A DNA stretch of 47,242 nt from an uncultured Lentisphaerales bacterium (GCA_943788985.1 CALSSJ010000033.1:1-47242); one strand, 5' to 3'; positions 18,548 to 30,217 are shown, counted from the first letter of the stretch. Notes: generated from the sequence alone by a model not told the origin. Made by a program: numbers and translations.

Positions 18548-20993
18548 ATCAGCCCAAACATCAACTCACCAAGTGCAGTAAATGGCAGCGTGAGGACGGC
18601 GTCGCCATTTTGATTGCTCTGGGAATTATTTCGCTGGTCTTGGTCATCGGCATGGGCTACGCGTTTAGTAGTTATGTAGGGGCGAAGCAGTCGTCGCTGG
18701 TGACAAACGTGTTTACTGCCCGGCTGTTGGCGGATTCGGCGGTTGAGAAGGCGGCCAGCTTTATTGAGTTGGAGTTAGCAGGAGTCCCCGCCCCACATCG
18801 CTATTTCAAGGAAGGGGGGGCTGGCACCACCTGGGAAGACCGCTACTACGTGGCTAGCTATAATACTCAGGCCTCGGATTCCGAAGTCAGTCAAGTAGAG
18901 ATTGTCGGTTATGATTACATCCCGGAGGGCACTACCGATGACTCCGTGCACTGGACGTATACAACTGTCGATTCAAATCTCAGCGGAAACGGTACGAGTA
19001 TGTCCACGACAGTCATCGGCCGCCAGGCGTATGCGATCTTCGACAACACAGGGATGATGGATCCCAATGTCTTCGCCGACTCGAGCGTAGTAGACTTAGC
19101 GATGTTACGTACCGCGCTGGGGAGCCCACTGGGAATCACTGCAAATAGCACAGCGTTGGCGGATAGCATGCGTTTAGCTACTGATTTGGGACTGGCTCCC
19201 GCAAACGGCTGGGCGTCGATGTCCATGATGTATCGCACCCATAGACCGACCTATGCCAGCGAGGCCGATTCTATGGCAAAGTGGACGTTCCCCTATGGCG
19301 TAGAGGGATACGAACATAGCTTCTGGAATGATGTAAATGACGACGGTGTCGTGGAGCCCGGCACGGAGATTGTGGCCAAGAGGAACATTGAGCAGGTCAG
19401 CGGAGATAGCGCCGTGGCGCTTTACGATCTGTTTACCGGAGCGAGCAGCAATGCCAGCAGGAGCGATTCTTCCTGGTTCTCGCCCTGGTTGCGGCATGTC
19501 ACCGCACGTTATATATGGAGATAGGGAGGAAGCGCTCGAGACCGCGCGCTATATCGCAGCGCAGACAGCGGCTAATATCGCTGATGCAGCCGACAGTGAT
19601 ACGGTCCCGCAGAGCTACTATCTGAAGCCAGCAAACAACGAGCTTACAAACGTGCCAGGAGCCTACGATCGCCGGATTATTGGGACCGAAAACGTTCATA
19701 TGTTCGCTGCTGCGAGTTTGAATCTGTTTGTGGCTTATGACGCAGCAGGGCGGGACCTTACGATAACCCCACAGGCGAGCGTTGCGGTCTATAACCCATT
19801 TGGGACAGATGCGTTTGACGGAGAAATTACGCTCGAGTACAGCTTTAGTATCCGTAGTGGCCCTACTGGCACCAACATCCCGACCACGGTACCGGGAACA
19901 GTTACGGTGGATGCGAGTTCGATGACGTCTACAACGCTAGCGGGGGGAGACTACTCGGCGAGTAACGTCAGTATTCTTGGAAGCGACGTTTTTGCTCCCG
20001 CAGCCCCGCCTAGGGATGGCAGCTACACCTTGAATCAGCTGGTCATTAAGAGCGTCACGGTAACCGATGGGGGCTCCGTCGTCTACGATGTTGCGCCGGA
20101 CAATCAGGTTGCCGTGGTGTCTACTGACAGCCTCTACAACTGGGCACCGGGTTATACGCATATAGATGGCAGCGACTACAGCCACTACACGGGAATATCC
20201 GTGCAGGCCGTGGACCCGAGACTCAATGGTCTGAATGCGCAACATGCCTATGGCAATACCTATTTGAGCACACAGACAGCTGAGAGGGTGGGCACTGCGC
20301 TCGCGCTTCCCGCGACTGGTGTCCATGATTGGGCTGTCGCTGTGGGGGACTACGACGGAAGCTTGAAGTCCGTGATGCCGCATTTACAAAGCTGGAGCAG
20401 CTCGGGGCTGTCACCAGTGGCTGGTACTACGACGCCCTTCCTGGCTCTCACCCGATCGGGCGGTCGCTGCAATTTTGGTGCCGGACCGATGACGCGTGCG
20501 AGCCACGCACGACGGACAGCTCTTGGACCTGTTCTATGACGGTGAAGAGCTTGAGTATGGGAAGGTCAATGTGAACAGTCCTCACGTTGCGGTTTGGGAG
20601 GGCCTGTTGAGCGGGGTGTCGCCCTCGCCATCCCAGATGGCTGATACACTCGTAAACATGACGGTCACTGCACCGTATGCTGGTGTCGGAGAGATTGTAC
20701 AATTCAATAATCTCTTCCTCAGCACACTACCTGATTCAGTGGCGGAGCAAACCAATCTGGCAACCATTCGACCGCTACTTTCCGTCAAAAACCAGTACTT
20801 TACCGTGTCGGCGACTGCCCAATCGCTGCGCGACCGTGGCGCGGTCGATATCAGCAGTGACGCAGACCAGGTCGAGTGGGGCACTGGGCTTTTCGCGCTG
20901 ATCACCGGTGAACAGAAAGTGTTGGCCGTAATCTACCGGAACCTGTTTACAAACGAGCTGGAGGTGATTCGCTATGAACCTCTCTATGACTGA
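18544..20993 (+). CDS. GspK/PilX-like large pseudopilin (~815 aa; frameshifts near 19520, 20370, 20510)
   Basis: EDG|VAILIALGII (no E5, typical of K/X), ARLLADSAVE, IGRQAYAIFD, GKVNVN, NQYFTV.A.AQS and EQKVLAVIYR across four consecutive ORFs. Confidence 0.78.
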
Positions 20994-21447
20994 GCTCCGG
21001 GCGTTTCTTGCCCTGGCTCTCCTGACTTGCATGGCCGCAGCAGCACAGGCCAACCCAGAAAAAGTGAACATGTCGAAGCTGACGGACCAGACGGTAGCTA
21101 GGGTGAAGCAAGGCAAGCCTGATCGTCATGCCATGATAAAGTTAGCCGCATTCTATCGCGCCCGAGCGGCCAAGATGACGGAGGAAGTCGAACAGGCAAA
21201 GGCATACCGGCAGGAGCGCCGAATTGCCCGGCCCACAGCGGTGGAAGAAAAGTATGAGTATTTCCTCAATATGGCCGATCTGTTTGATGAGGCCTGCGTC
21301 GTTGCGCTGGCGATCGAGCAGGCGCCGTTCGTGCCCAAGCCTCCGACCGAGGAAGAGATGGTCCAGAATCGAGTTTCCTTGCGGCGGATTGCGCTACAAA
21401 TTAGTGCCAGGCATGCAAAATCACCCTTCAAGAAGCGAGCATCATGA
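20974..21447 (+). CDS. hypothetical secreted alpha-helical protein
   Basis: Signal peptide RAFLALALLTCMAAAAQA; GGAGG RBS; overlaps both neighbours. Confidence 0.7.
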   Translation: MNLSMTELRAFLALALLTCMAAAAQANPEKVNMSKLTDQTVARVKQGKPDRHAMIKLAAFYRARAAKMTEEVEQAKAYRQERRIARPTAVEEKYEYFLNMADLFDEACVVALAIEQAPFVPKPPTEEEMVQNRVSLRRIALQISARHAKSPFKKRAS

Positions 21448-21929
21448 AGACCTGTCATTGTCAGAAATTCACACTCATTGAGATTCTTGCGGTGATGTCA
21501 ATTATCGTGATTTTGGTCGGGGCCAGTATGGCGGTGATGCCCAGAGTTAAGAGATTCACTAGTGACAAGGCCACAAATACCTACATCATGAACCTGCAGA
21601 GCGCGCTGCAGCTCTACTTTGATGAGTGGGCTTACTATCCGCAAGCATCGGGGCCTACCCAGCTCAATGACACCTGGTTTGACGGCATCGTAACCGAGAG
21701 CGGGCGTCCCCTGATTGACTGGGACCATTTCAAAACACAGGATGCCTACGGAAGCGTCTATTACTACCAGTGTCCGGGCGTTATGAACACGGAGCTGTTC
21801 GACATCTGGAGCGCAGGGTACGACGGAAAATTCGGCTCTGCTCCAAATGATAACGCAGCCTCGGCACAGCGAGCAGACTCGGCCACGATGAACGCGGATG
21901 ATCTGACCAATTGGAAGGCAAACAATTGA
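21444..21929 (+). CDS. gspG: GspG-like major pseudopilin
   Basis: QK|FTLIEILAVMSII, ALQLYFDEWAYYP, DAYGSVYYYQCPG..N.ELFDIWSAGYDG, DDLTNW. Confidence 0.82.
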   Translation: MKTCHCQKFTLIEILAVMSIIVILVGASMAVMPRVKRFTSDKATNTYIMNLQSALQLYFDEWAYYPQASGPTQLNDTWFDGIVTESGRPLIDWDHFKTQDAYGSVYYYQCPGVMNTELFDIWSAGYDGKFGSAPNDNAASAQRADSATMNADDLTNWKANN

Positions 21930-22005
21930 CAGCTTCTACGGGGCGGATCATGGCCTTCCAAGGGTGTGGTCGTTCCGCTATGGACCATGTAGGCGTATAA
22001 GCCTC

Positions 22006-25000
22006 GTGTACACGTTCTCGTTTTCATTGCGCCGGCCGAGCAGGCTGGCCTTCATGGTCTTCGCGCTGTTGGCCGCTCAGTGCGTGTGCGCTGAGCGCTA
22101 CTACGTTCGTCAGACAGCCCCTGGTGCGAACGATGGCAGCAACTGGTCGCACGCGTTCACCTCGCTGACGCTGGCTCTGGACGTCGCCAGTCCCAGTGAT
22201 GAAATCTGGATGGCAGAAGGGACCTACCGTCCGACCAGTGACGGGGATCGGGGTAAGAGTTTCTCGGTGCCGAATAGTACGCTGATTTTTGGCGGCTTTG
22301 CGGGGACCGAGGATTCACGTCATCAGCGTGACTGGCGCGCACATCCGACGATTCTGACCGGCGATATTGGCGTGCACAACGACAGGACCGATAACAGCTA
22401 TCACGTGGTGCGGACCCAGAATGATGCGACGTTAGACGGCCTGATCATTGAGGGCGGATACGCGGACGGTGCGGATTCTGACGGCTGGGGGGGGGGAGCC
22501 TTTCTGGAGGCAGACTCTGGCGCAACCATCATCAATTGCGTATTCCGCAACAATTACGGCGTACTGGGGGGCGGCTTGTACTCCCGGCAGGCCCCGCCCA
22601 CGGTGTTCCAGAGCATCTTTTACGCGAATGAGGCAGACTCAGGGGCGGCCATCTACGTGGAGGAGAACAATCCGATTCTGCGGTTCTGTAATTTTTACGG
22701 CAACCAGGCCGCGACTCAGGGGGGCGCTGTCACGGGCGGAGCGGGCACGAGACCTCAACTCGCGGGCTGTATCGTCTGGGGAAACACACCAGACTCGTTA
22801 GTCTCGGCTCTTTCCGACGTCCAGCACTCAATTATTGAAGGAGGCTGGTCGGGGACCAACGTCTTGGATGCAGATCCACTTTTTGTTGACCCGGCGGATG
22901 GAGATTTCACGTTGCAGCTCGATAGTCCGGCGATCGACGCCGGGGTCGATTCGAATTTGCTGCGAGACACACTGGACTACGACGGGGATGGGGATGTAGC
23001 TGAGCTGTTTTCGCTGGACTTCCACAAAGGGCCTCGCCGTGTGAATCTGACTGAGCGGGCGAACACAGGCACCGGGGTGCCCGTTGACATCGGTGCGGTC
23101 GAGTTCCCGGGGTATCATGGCTTTGGCGATCGCGTGTGGCTGGATATAAACCGAGATGGCCTGCAGAGTGTCGGCGAGCCCGGGTTAGAGGGCGTTCGGG
23201 TGAACATGTACGATGTCACCGGGCTGGAGCTTCTGGATGTCACAGATACTGACGAGGATGGGCACTACCAGTTTGGCCAAAATCTGAATTTAGGAACCCA
23301 TGTGATTGAGTTTGTCCTGGCAACAAACCGGTTCCTGACGGTCGCCAATGCCGGCGATGACAACTTGGATAGCGATCCGGATCCAGCAACCGGGCGGGCA
23401 TTCGCGCACCGGCTCGAGCACTTCGGGACGGCTAGCGTAGATGCCGGTGTGCTTAGTGGTGTGGTCTACGTCAATCAGGCTGCTGCAGCGGGTGGAGACG
23501 GGACCAGCTGGGAGAACGCCTTCACTACACTCGGTGCAGGGCTGGCAGTGGCTGAGTTTGGGGACGAAATCTGGATTGCGGGCGGCACATATACGCCGGG
23601 CAGTGCGCCCAGCGACACGTTTGTCATACCAGAGCGCGTCATCTTGCTGGGTGGCTTTGCGGGGACAGAGAACACCCGGTTCGACCGGGTGCCCAGCGCC
23701 CAAGCAACGATTCTCAGCGGTAATCTTGGCGGCGCCTCTGCCACCCATCTGCTGGTGGCAAGCGGTGAAGCCTCATTCGACGCGTTGATTTTGGACCGCG
23801 CCTCGGCCCTGGGGGGCGGTGATAACGCGCTTGGGGCCGCAGTTTTTGCCCAGGATGCGGCGCTTACATTTACGGATTGCGTATTCAGCAACCACATTGC
23901 CACTTCAGGCGCAGCCGTGCACAGCACGGACAGTACGCTGACGTTTTTTCAGTGCTATTTCTACGGAAACGGTGCTGTGACTGGCGGCGTCGTCTATCTA
24001 GATGGTGGCTCGGCAACCTTTCTCCAGAGCACGATCACCGGAAACACGTCCGGTGACCAGAGCGCAGCGCTCGCGGCGGTCAGTGGTGGCGCCTTCACCC
24101 TGACCGGAACCGTTCTGCACGGCAATGGCACCGCACTGCAGGCAGCAAATGCCACGGTAAGCTACAGCCTGATCGAGGGCGGTTGGCCAGGTGCCGGGAA
24201 TGTAGATGAACCATACCAGTTCGTAGATCTTGCGGCTCAAAACTTCCGCCCTCTGCCGACCAGTCTGGCGGTTGACTCTGGCGATGCCTCCGCTTTGTTT
24301 TTGGATTTTTACGACCGCGACGGTGACTTCGATTTTGAAGAGCCATGGCCGTTAGACTTGGATGGCAACCCGCGGAGAATTGATCTGCAGGCAGTTCTGG
24401 ATGTGGGCCTGGGCGGGAACCCAGCGATCGACATTGGCGCGTTTGAAGTGCCGGGATTTACGGGCATCGGCGGCCGGATCTGGAGCGATGTAGACGGGGA
24501 TGGCTTTCAGGATCTTGACGAGCCATCCGCTAGCGGCGTGCGGATCAATCTGTTTCAGGATGGGGCAGTGCCCATTGCCACCACTGTGACAGGCTCGGAT
24601 GGGCGCTACGTATTTGAAGGACTCGTGGCGAGTCTTTATGAGGTAGAGCTTCAGCTGCCATCTAATCGTCAGTTGACCGTCATTGACTCGGATCTGGACG
24701 ACCGGTTCGATAGCAATTTTCACGCGGCAACCGGCCGTGTGTCACTGCAACTTCGGGAGAAGCAAGCGAGCCTGAATGTGGATGGTGGTTTGACACCGGG
24801 TGTGTTGTTTGCTGTGGTGGGCGGGAGCGGGCAGGGCACCTCATGGGCCGATGCCGCCGATCTTGCGACAGCGCTTGAACTGGCCGTCGCACAGGACGAA
24901 ATTTGGGTGGCCGCGGGGGAGCACGTGGTGCCGGGGGCACGTGACGAAGGATTTGTGGTTCCAGCAGACGTGAGCCTGTACGGCGGTTTCGCTGGCGACG

Positions 25001-28000
25001 AGTCTGAGCGCCGTAAACGCAATTGGGGTGAACATGCGACCGTGCTGACAGGGGAGCGCGAGGTCGGCGGCCCAGTCGATAATTCGTACCGCATTGTCAC
25101 ACTGGCAGACCGGACTGTTCTAGATGGCTTCCTGATCGAAGATGCGAATAATGGGGATGCGCCCGATGATATGCACGCGGCGATTGTCGTAGCGCAGGCG
25201 GAGAATGTGCGCCTTGCAAATTTGGTTGTCAGACACAACAATGGCGTGACGCCAGCGTTGCGGATTCATGACGCATCTCCTTCCATTTTCCAGTGCGCAT
25301 TTGTCGACAACGCCGGGACGCAGGTGGGGGCGATCGCAATCTCTGGTTCCTCGAGCCCTGAATTCGTGAGCTGTCTACTGGCGAACAATGCGGCGATTGT
25401 GACCGGCGGATTCGTCGCGGCCGGTGACTCGACGCCAGTCTTTCACAATTCGATCATCTGGGGCAATACACCGACGAACCTAAGCGGGCCCACTGCAGAG
25501 ATTCACAACTCTATTGTGGAGGGTGGCTGGAGCGGTGCTGGCTCTTCAATTCTGAGCGACGACCCGCAATTTGCGGACGCTGGTGCCGAGGACTATCAGT
25601 CGGTTTTGGCAAGCCCTGGCATTGATGTCGGAGACATCTCCGTGATCCCGCTAGACGTGGACGATTTAGATGAGGACGGCGATAGCACAGAACCCTACCC
25701 GCTCGACCTGCAGGGGGGGACACGCGTTGTGAACCTGGTCTTTCGCGGGTTGGAGTCGGCTGCAGTGGACATCGGGCCCTACGAGTATGCGGGAGGGGTG
25801 ATTGGGGATTACGTCTGGCTGGATCTCAACGCGAACGGGCAACAGGACCCTGAGGAACCACCAGCGCCTGGAGTTGCCGTATCCATCGTAGACTCGGTGG
25901 GGCAGGAATTGGGCTCAACAGTGACCGATGCACAGGGCGCGTATCTATTTTCAGGCCTGCTGGCTGGCACCTATGGACTGACTTTTACGGCCCCACCGCT
26001 GCGCCGATTCACCGTCCGCAATGTCGGCGATGACAGCAGCGACAGTGATGTGGGAGAAGATGGTACGGTCACCGTGTCACTGGCTGCTGAGCAAAGCCAA
26101 CTGACGATCGACGCTGCTTTGTTGCCCCGGCGCATCCACGTCAAGCCAGACGGCGTGGGGCCGGGTGGCGCGACCTGGGACTTTGCCGTGGATCTTCACA
26201 CCGCACTCAGCCAGGCCGCCAGTGGCGACGAGATCTGGGCTGCTTTCCGGGACCTATCCCACCAGTTCTGGAAGCGATAGGGCGGCGCATTTCAGCGTCC
26301 CAGCAGAGGTCTCGCTAATCGGCGGGTTCGTCGGGACCGAACTCTCGCCGCAGCACCACACCACACCACCTCTGGCCCCTTCTGTCCTGACGGCAGAGCT
26401 GGGAGCGGCAGTCGCTGAAGACAATAGCTATCACGTCCTACGAATGGCGGGCGGATCCAGCGTCGAATGGCTTACCATCGAGGGCGGCTACGCGAATGGA
26501 AGCGGCGATGACCGTGCCGGCGGCGGAATCATCCTGGAAGGCCAGTGCGAGGTGCGCAATTGCGAAATCCGCAACAACTTCGCGGCGACGCACGGTGGGG
26601 GCTTACATGGCGTCGAGACGACACTGACCCTGGATTCAGTGCTGGTGGAAGGCAATGGGGTCGGGAGCACCGGTGGCGGGATCTATCTGCAGGAGGGAAC
26701 CGTGATTCTCACCGATGCGATTCTGCGCGAAAATACCGCAGGAGTCGGCGGGGGGGGCATCTCAATGTCTGGCACGGACCTGACTATTCAGGCGAGTACT
26801 TTCACGCAGAACAGCACGCCGCTGTTTGGGGGGGGCATCTGGGCCACCGATGGAATTCTTGCGCTCACTGAAACAGACTTCAGCGGCAACTCAGCCGGTC
26901 TTAGTGGCGGTGCGCTTGATGTGCGGAGTTCGCAACTGAGCATGAGCAGTTGCGATCTGCGCAGCAACGGCAGCGGATTGCGGGGCGTGAGCTCCGAGAT
27001 TGTGCTCCGATCCTGTGTCGTGGAAGATCATACCGGGCCCGGGATTTCTGCGCAGAATGGCTCTCTGGCGGGAGCGTTGCTGACCGTGACTGGAAACAGC
27101 GGTGGCGGGCTGCGGCTAGACACGGTGGACACCACGCTTGTGAATTGTACGATTGCCCAGAACCAAGCTGGAACTGGTGCGGGAGTCTTCTTGCGAGGGC
27201 AGGGGACCAGCACTCTCACTAACTGTGCGATTGTCGCCAATACTGCCTCAGAGCGAGGCGGCGGGCTGCTCGGTGAGGACGGCCCCGCGCTGACCATGTC
27301 GTTCTGTACCGTGGCTGGGAACGAGGCACCGATCGGCGCGGGGGTGGACACATCAGCCCTTCAAACCCCTCAGTTTACTGCCTGCATTCTGGCGGGAAAT
27401 GTGGGACAGGACTTGGTGGGCCCCGGCGCGACGCTGGTGAATTGCCTGACCCTGCAGAATTGGGAGGGAGCCGGAAGCGCGAATGTCGTCGGTGATCCGC
27501 TGTTTGAAGCACCGCAGACTCTTGAGTTTCGGCTTCAGTTTGAGAGTCCCGGCGTGGATGCGGCGGACAGCGCCTTGCTCCCGAGTGATATCTTTGATCT
27601 TGACGGAGACGAGAACGTGGCGGAATCCATCCCGTGGGATCTCGCGGGGGACGACCGGCGCCAGGACTCCCCGGGCGTGGACACTGGAGTTGGAAGCATA
27701 CCGCGCCCCGATATCGGCGCTTTCGAATCTGGACCGGGTGGCGCGATTGGCGATTTTGTCTGGTTTGACACCAACCGGGATGGTCGTCAGGACGACACTG
27801 AAAAAGGACTGGAAGACGTCACTGTGACCTTGCTTTCTGAAGGCGGCGGTGAGATTGCGAGCGTGCAGTCTGGCGCTAACGGAAGTTACTCGTTTAGCAC
27901 TCTGGCTGGCAATTACATACTCACGGTTACGCCCCCTGCGTTTTTTACGGTTTCGCCCACGTCCAGCGGAAGTTCAGCGGAGAATAACGACCTTGAGGCA

Positions 28001-28507
28001 AGTGGGAGGACTGCGTTGTTTTCGCTGGCTCCCGGTCAGACGCGCACGGACATCGATCTGGGGCTGTCACCGGTCAGCAACGCGGAGGCGTTCGATTTCG
28101 AGTTACATCATGGCTGGAATCTCGTGGCATCGCCGTTGCGCCCGGTTAATGATCCACTGCCGGGGCTCATTAGTCTCGGCGCTTGGGCGTGGGACGGGCT
28201 CGACTGGGCCGCTGTGCAGAGGCTAACTGAACGACAAGGGGTATTTATCTTCAATCCGATTGGACCGCAAGCCGCGACTACGCTCGGGGCCCCCATCTTC
28301 GTTGGTACTGCGTTGCCGACTGGCTGGAACTTGTTCGGGCCGGGTAGCTCGCCGCCATACACCGACGTACCGCTGTCGGAGGTCGTGCTAAATTCCGCGG
28401 CAATCTCCAGCCCAATCTGGTGTTGGACTGGAACCTCATATGAACCTGTGATTGGGCCCCTGCGTCCCGGGCGCGGGTATTGGGCCTATGTCGGAGAACC
28501 AGAATGA
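22006..28507 (+). CDS. giant secreted protein (~2,160 aa): 4 x [parallel beta-helix/Pmp-like + DIGA(F/Y)E motif + SdrD B-like domain] + C-terminal GWNL domain; one frameshift near 26245
   Basis: Signal peptide (..RLAFMVFALLAAQCVCA), GGGA/GGAV and FxxN repeats, four GDxVWxDxNxDG SdrD-B starts. Removing one T at ~26245 restores EIWAASGTY and fuses ORFs 21964-26280 and 26165-28507. The start codon is uncertain (22006 or 22054). Confidence 0.85.
22096..28080 (+). repeat. four tandem intragenic protein modules starting at ~22096, ~23461, ~24802 and ~26131
   Basis: Each begins with G.(S/T)W..A..L..AL..A..GDEIW.A.G, contains GGF.G.E, ends its beta-helix with S.IEGGW.G/ENWEG-type, S..(I/V)D.G, DxDGD and DIG..E motifs, then an SdrD-B domain. 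The period is ~1.33-1.37 kb; the fourth module is longer. Confidence 0.85.
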
Positions 28508-29310
28508 ACGATTGTAGGAAGAGCGCGATACTGGCAGACATGCTTCGAGCGCGTCTGAACGAAGAGCAGTGGCAATGGCTGGAGCAATCGGCGCAGAAAT
28601 CAGGGCGCATGTTTCACTTAGCATTAGCACAGTGCCCACGGCGGCTCGGTAAGCAAGATTTACAGCCCGGCGCGAGTGAATTGGCGGCCGCTGCTAAGGC
28701 CCTCCCGGGGTGGTCCGCTTCCGAGTGGAGCGTGGACCAGTGCGCGCGTGTCTGGCTGATTGCGCAACTGCCCGAGCAAGGCTTTCTTGAGGCTTTCACC
28801 CGGTTGGTGCATACTGGCGATGTGCGCGAGCATATGGCGTACTTCTCTGGGTTGCCGTTCTACCCGGCTCCGAAGGCTTTGGTCGATTTAGCTGCGGATG
28901 GGCTGCGTAGCAACGTGAGCTCGGTTTTCTGCGCGATCGCGCAGCGCAATCCTTTTCCCGCAGCGCATTTCCCGGAACATGCCTGGAATCAGATGATCCT
29001 GAAGGCGGTGTTCATCGGTGCAGAATTGGCTCATGTGGTCGGTGTCGATGCGCGGAATAATGTCACACTTGCTACGATGCTACACAACTATGTCCGAGAG
29101 CGTCGCGCAGCAAACCGGAGCGTACCTGGTGAGCTGTGGCGATGTATCATTCCCTGCGCCCCAGACGAGCTGTTGGAGGAGATTCTTCCTGCGTGGCAGA
29201 CTGCGACTGGGCTGGAAAAAGAGGGGATGGCGCGAGCTTTTAAACAACGAGGCGATACCATTGCGAAGTCCGCACTGGCAATGCCCACTACACTTCTGAA
29301 ATCTGACTGA
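28504..29310 (+). CDS. eboA: EboA domain-containing protein
   Basis: WSVDQCARVWL, GDVRE, DGLRSN...F.AIA.RNPFP, AWNQMILKAVF, ERRAANRSVP.ELW. Confidence 0.88.
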   Translation: MNDCRKSAILADMLRARLNEEQWQWLEQSAQKSGRMFHLALAQCPRRLGKQDLQPGASELAAAAKALPGWSASEWSVDQCARVWLIAQLPEQGFLEAFTRLVHTGDVREHMAYFSGLPFYPAPKALVDLAADGLRSNVSSVFCAIAQRNPFPAAHFPEHAWNQMILKAVFIGAELAHVVGVDARNNVTLATMLHNYVRERRAANRSVPGELWRCIIPCAPDELLEEILPAWQTATGLEKEGMARAFKQRGDTIAKSALAMPTTLLKSD

Positions 29311-29318
29311 GGCCCCTT

Positions 29319-30212
29319 ATGTATATCGACCCACACATTCACTGCAGCGCCCGGACGACAGACGATTATCAGGCAATGGCACATGCGGGCATCGTCGCGG
29401 TAATCGAGCCTGCATTCTGGTTGGGACAGCCGCGCACGCAGATCGGCTCCTATATCGATTACTTCTCCAGCATTGTGGGGTGGGAGCGTTTTCGGGCGGC
29501 GCAATTCGGTATTTGCCACTACTGCACGATTGGGCTGAATGCCAAAGAAGCTAACAATGTGGCGCTGGCTGAAGAGGTGATGGACCTGCTGCCACTTTAT
29601 CTGTGCAAAGAGGGCGTGGTCGCCATGGGCGAGATCGGATACGATGACCAGACCGAAGCCGAGGATCGCTTCTTCCGGCAGCAGCTTGAACTCGCGAAGG
29701 AGTTGGACATGGTTGTGATGGTGCACACACCGCACCGTGATAAGAAGAATGGTGTACTGAAGACCATGGCTGTTTGCCAGGAGCACGGTCTGGACCCGTC
29801 ACGCGTGGTAATCGATCACAATAACGAGGAAACTGTTCAGGACGTACTCGACGCTGGTTTCTGGGCCGCGTTCACGATCTACCCCAAGACCAAGATGGGC
29901 AATGAAAGAATGGTCGAGGTTGTCCGCCGCTTTGGCACCGAACGCATTATCGTCGACTCGAGTGCCGACTGGGGCGTGTCCGATCCGCTTGCTGTGCCTA
30001 AAACTGCCAGAATGATGCTCGACCGTGGCATTTCCAAAGAAGCCGCCCGCAAAACCTGCTACACCAATGCGTTGCTCGCCTACGGGCAATCAGGGCAGAT
30101 GAGCGAGGCGCACTGGTTGGAGCCGGAGCCGATTGATCAGCGTACGCTGTTCAGCGGGAATTCCGTGCTGCGCGGGCAGGAGCCGAAGATCGATCCAGGC
30201 CTGATCGAATAG
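29319..30212 (+). CDS. eboB: TatD-family hydrolase, EboB type
   Basis: DPHIH..ARTTDDY, IEPAFWLGQPRT, GWERFRAAQFGI, HTPHRDK, DHNNEET, TIYPKTKM, DSSADWGVSDPLAVPKT; adjacent to eboA. Confidence 0.88.
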   Translation: MYIDPHIHCSARTTDDYQAMAHAGIVAVIEPAFWLGQPRTQIGSYIDYFSSIVGWERFRAAQFGICHYCTIGLNAKEANNVALAEEVMDLLPLYLCKEGVVAMGEIGYDDQTEAEDRFFRQQLELAKELDMVVMVHTPHRDKKNGVLKTMAVCQEHGLDPSRVVIDHNNEETVQDVLDAGFWAAFTIYPKTKMGNERMVEVVRRFGTERIIVDSSADWGVSDPLAVPKTARMMLDRGISKEAARKTCYTNALLAYGQSGQMSEAHWLEPEPIDQRTLFSGNSVLRGQEPKIDPGLIE

Positions 30213-30217
30213 CCTGA

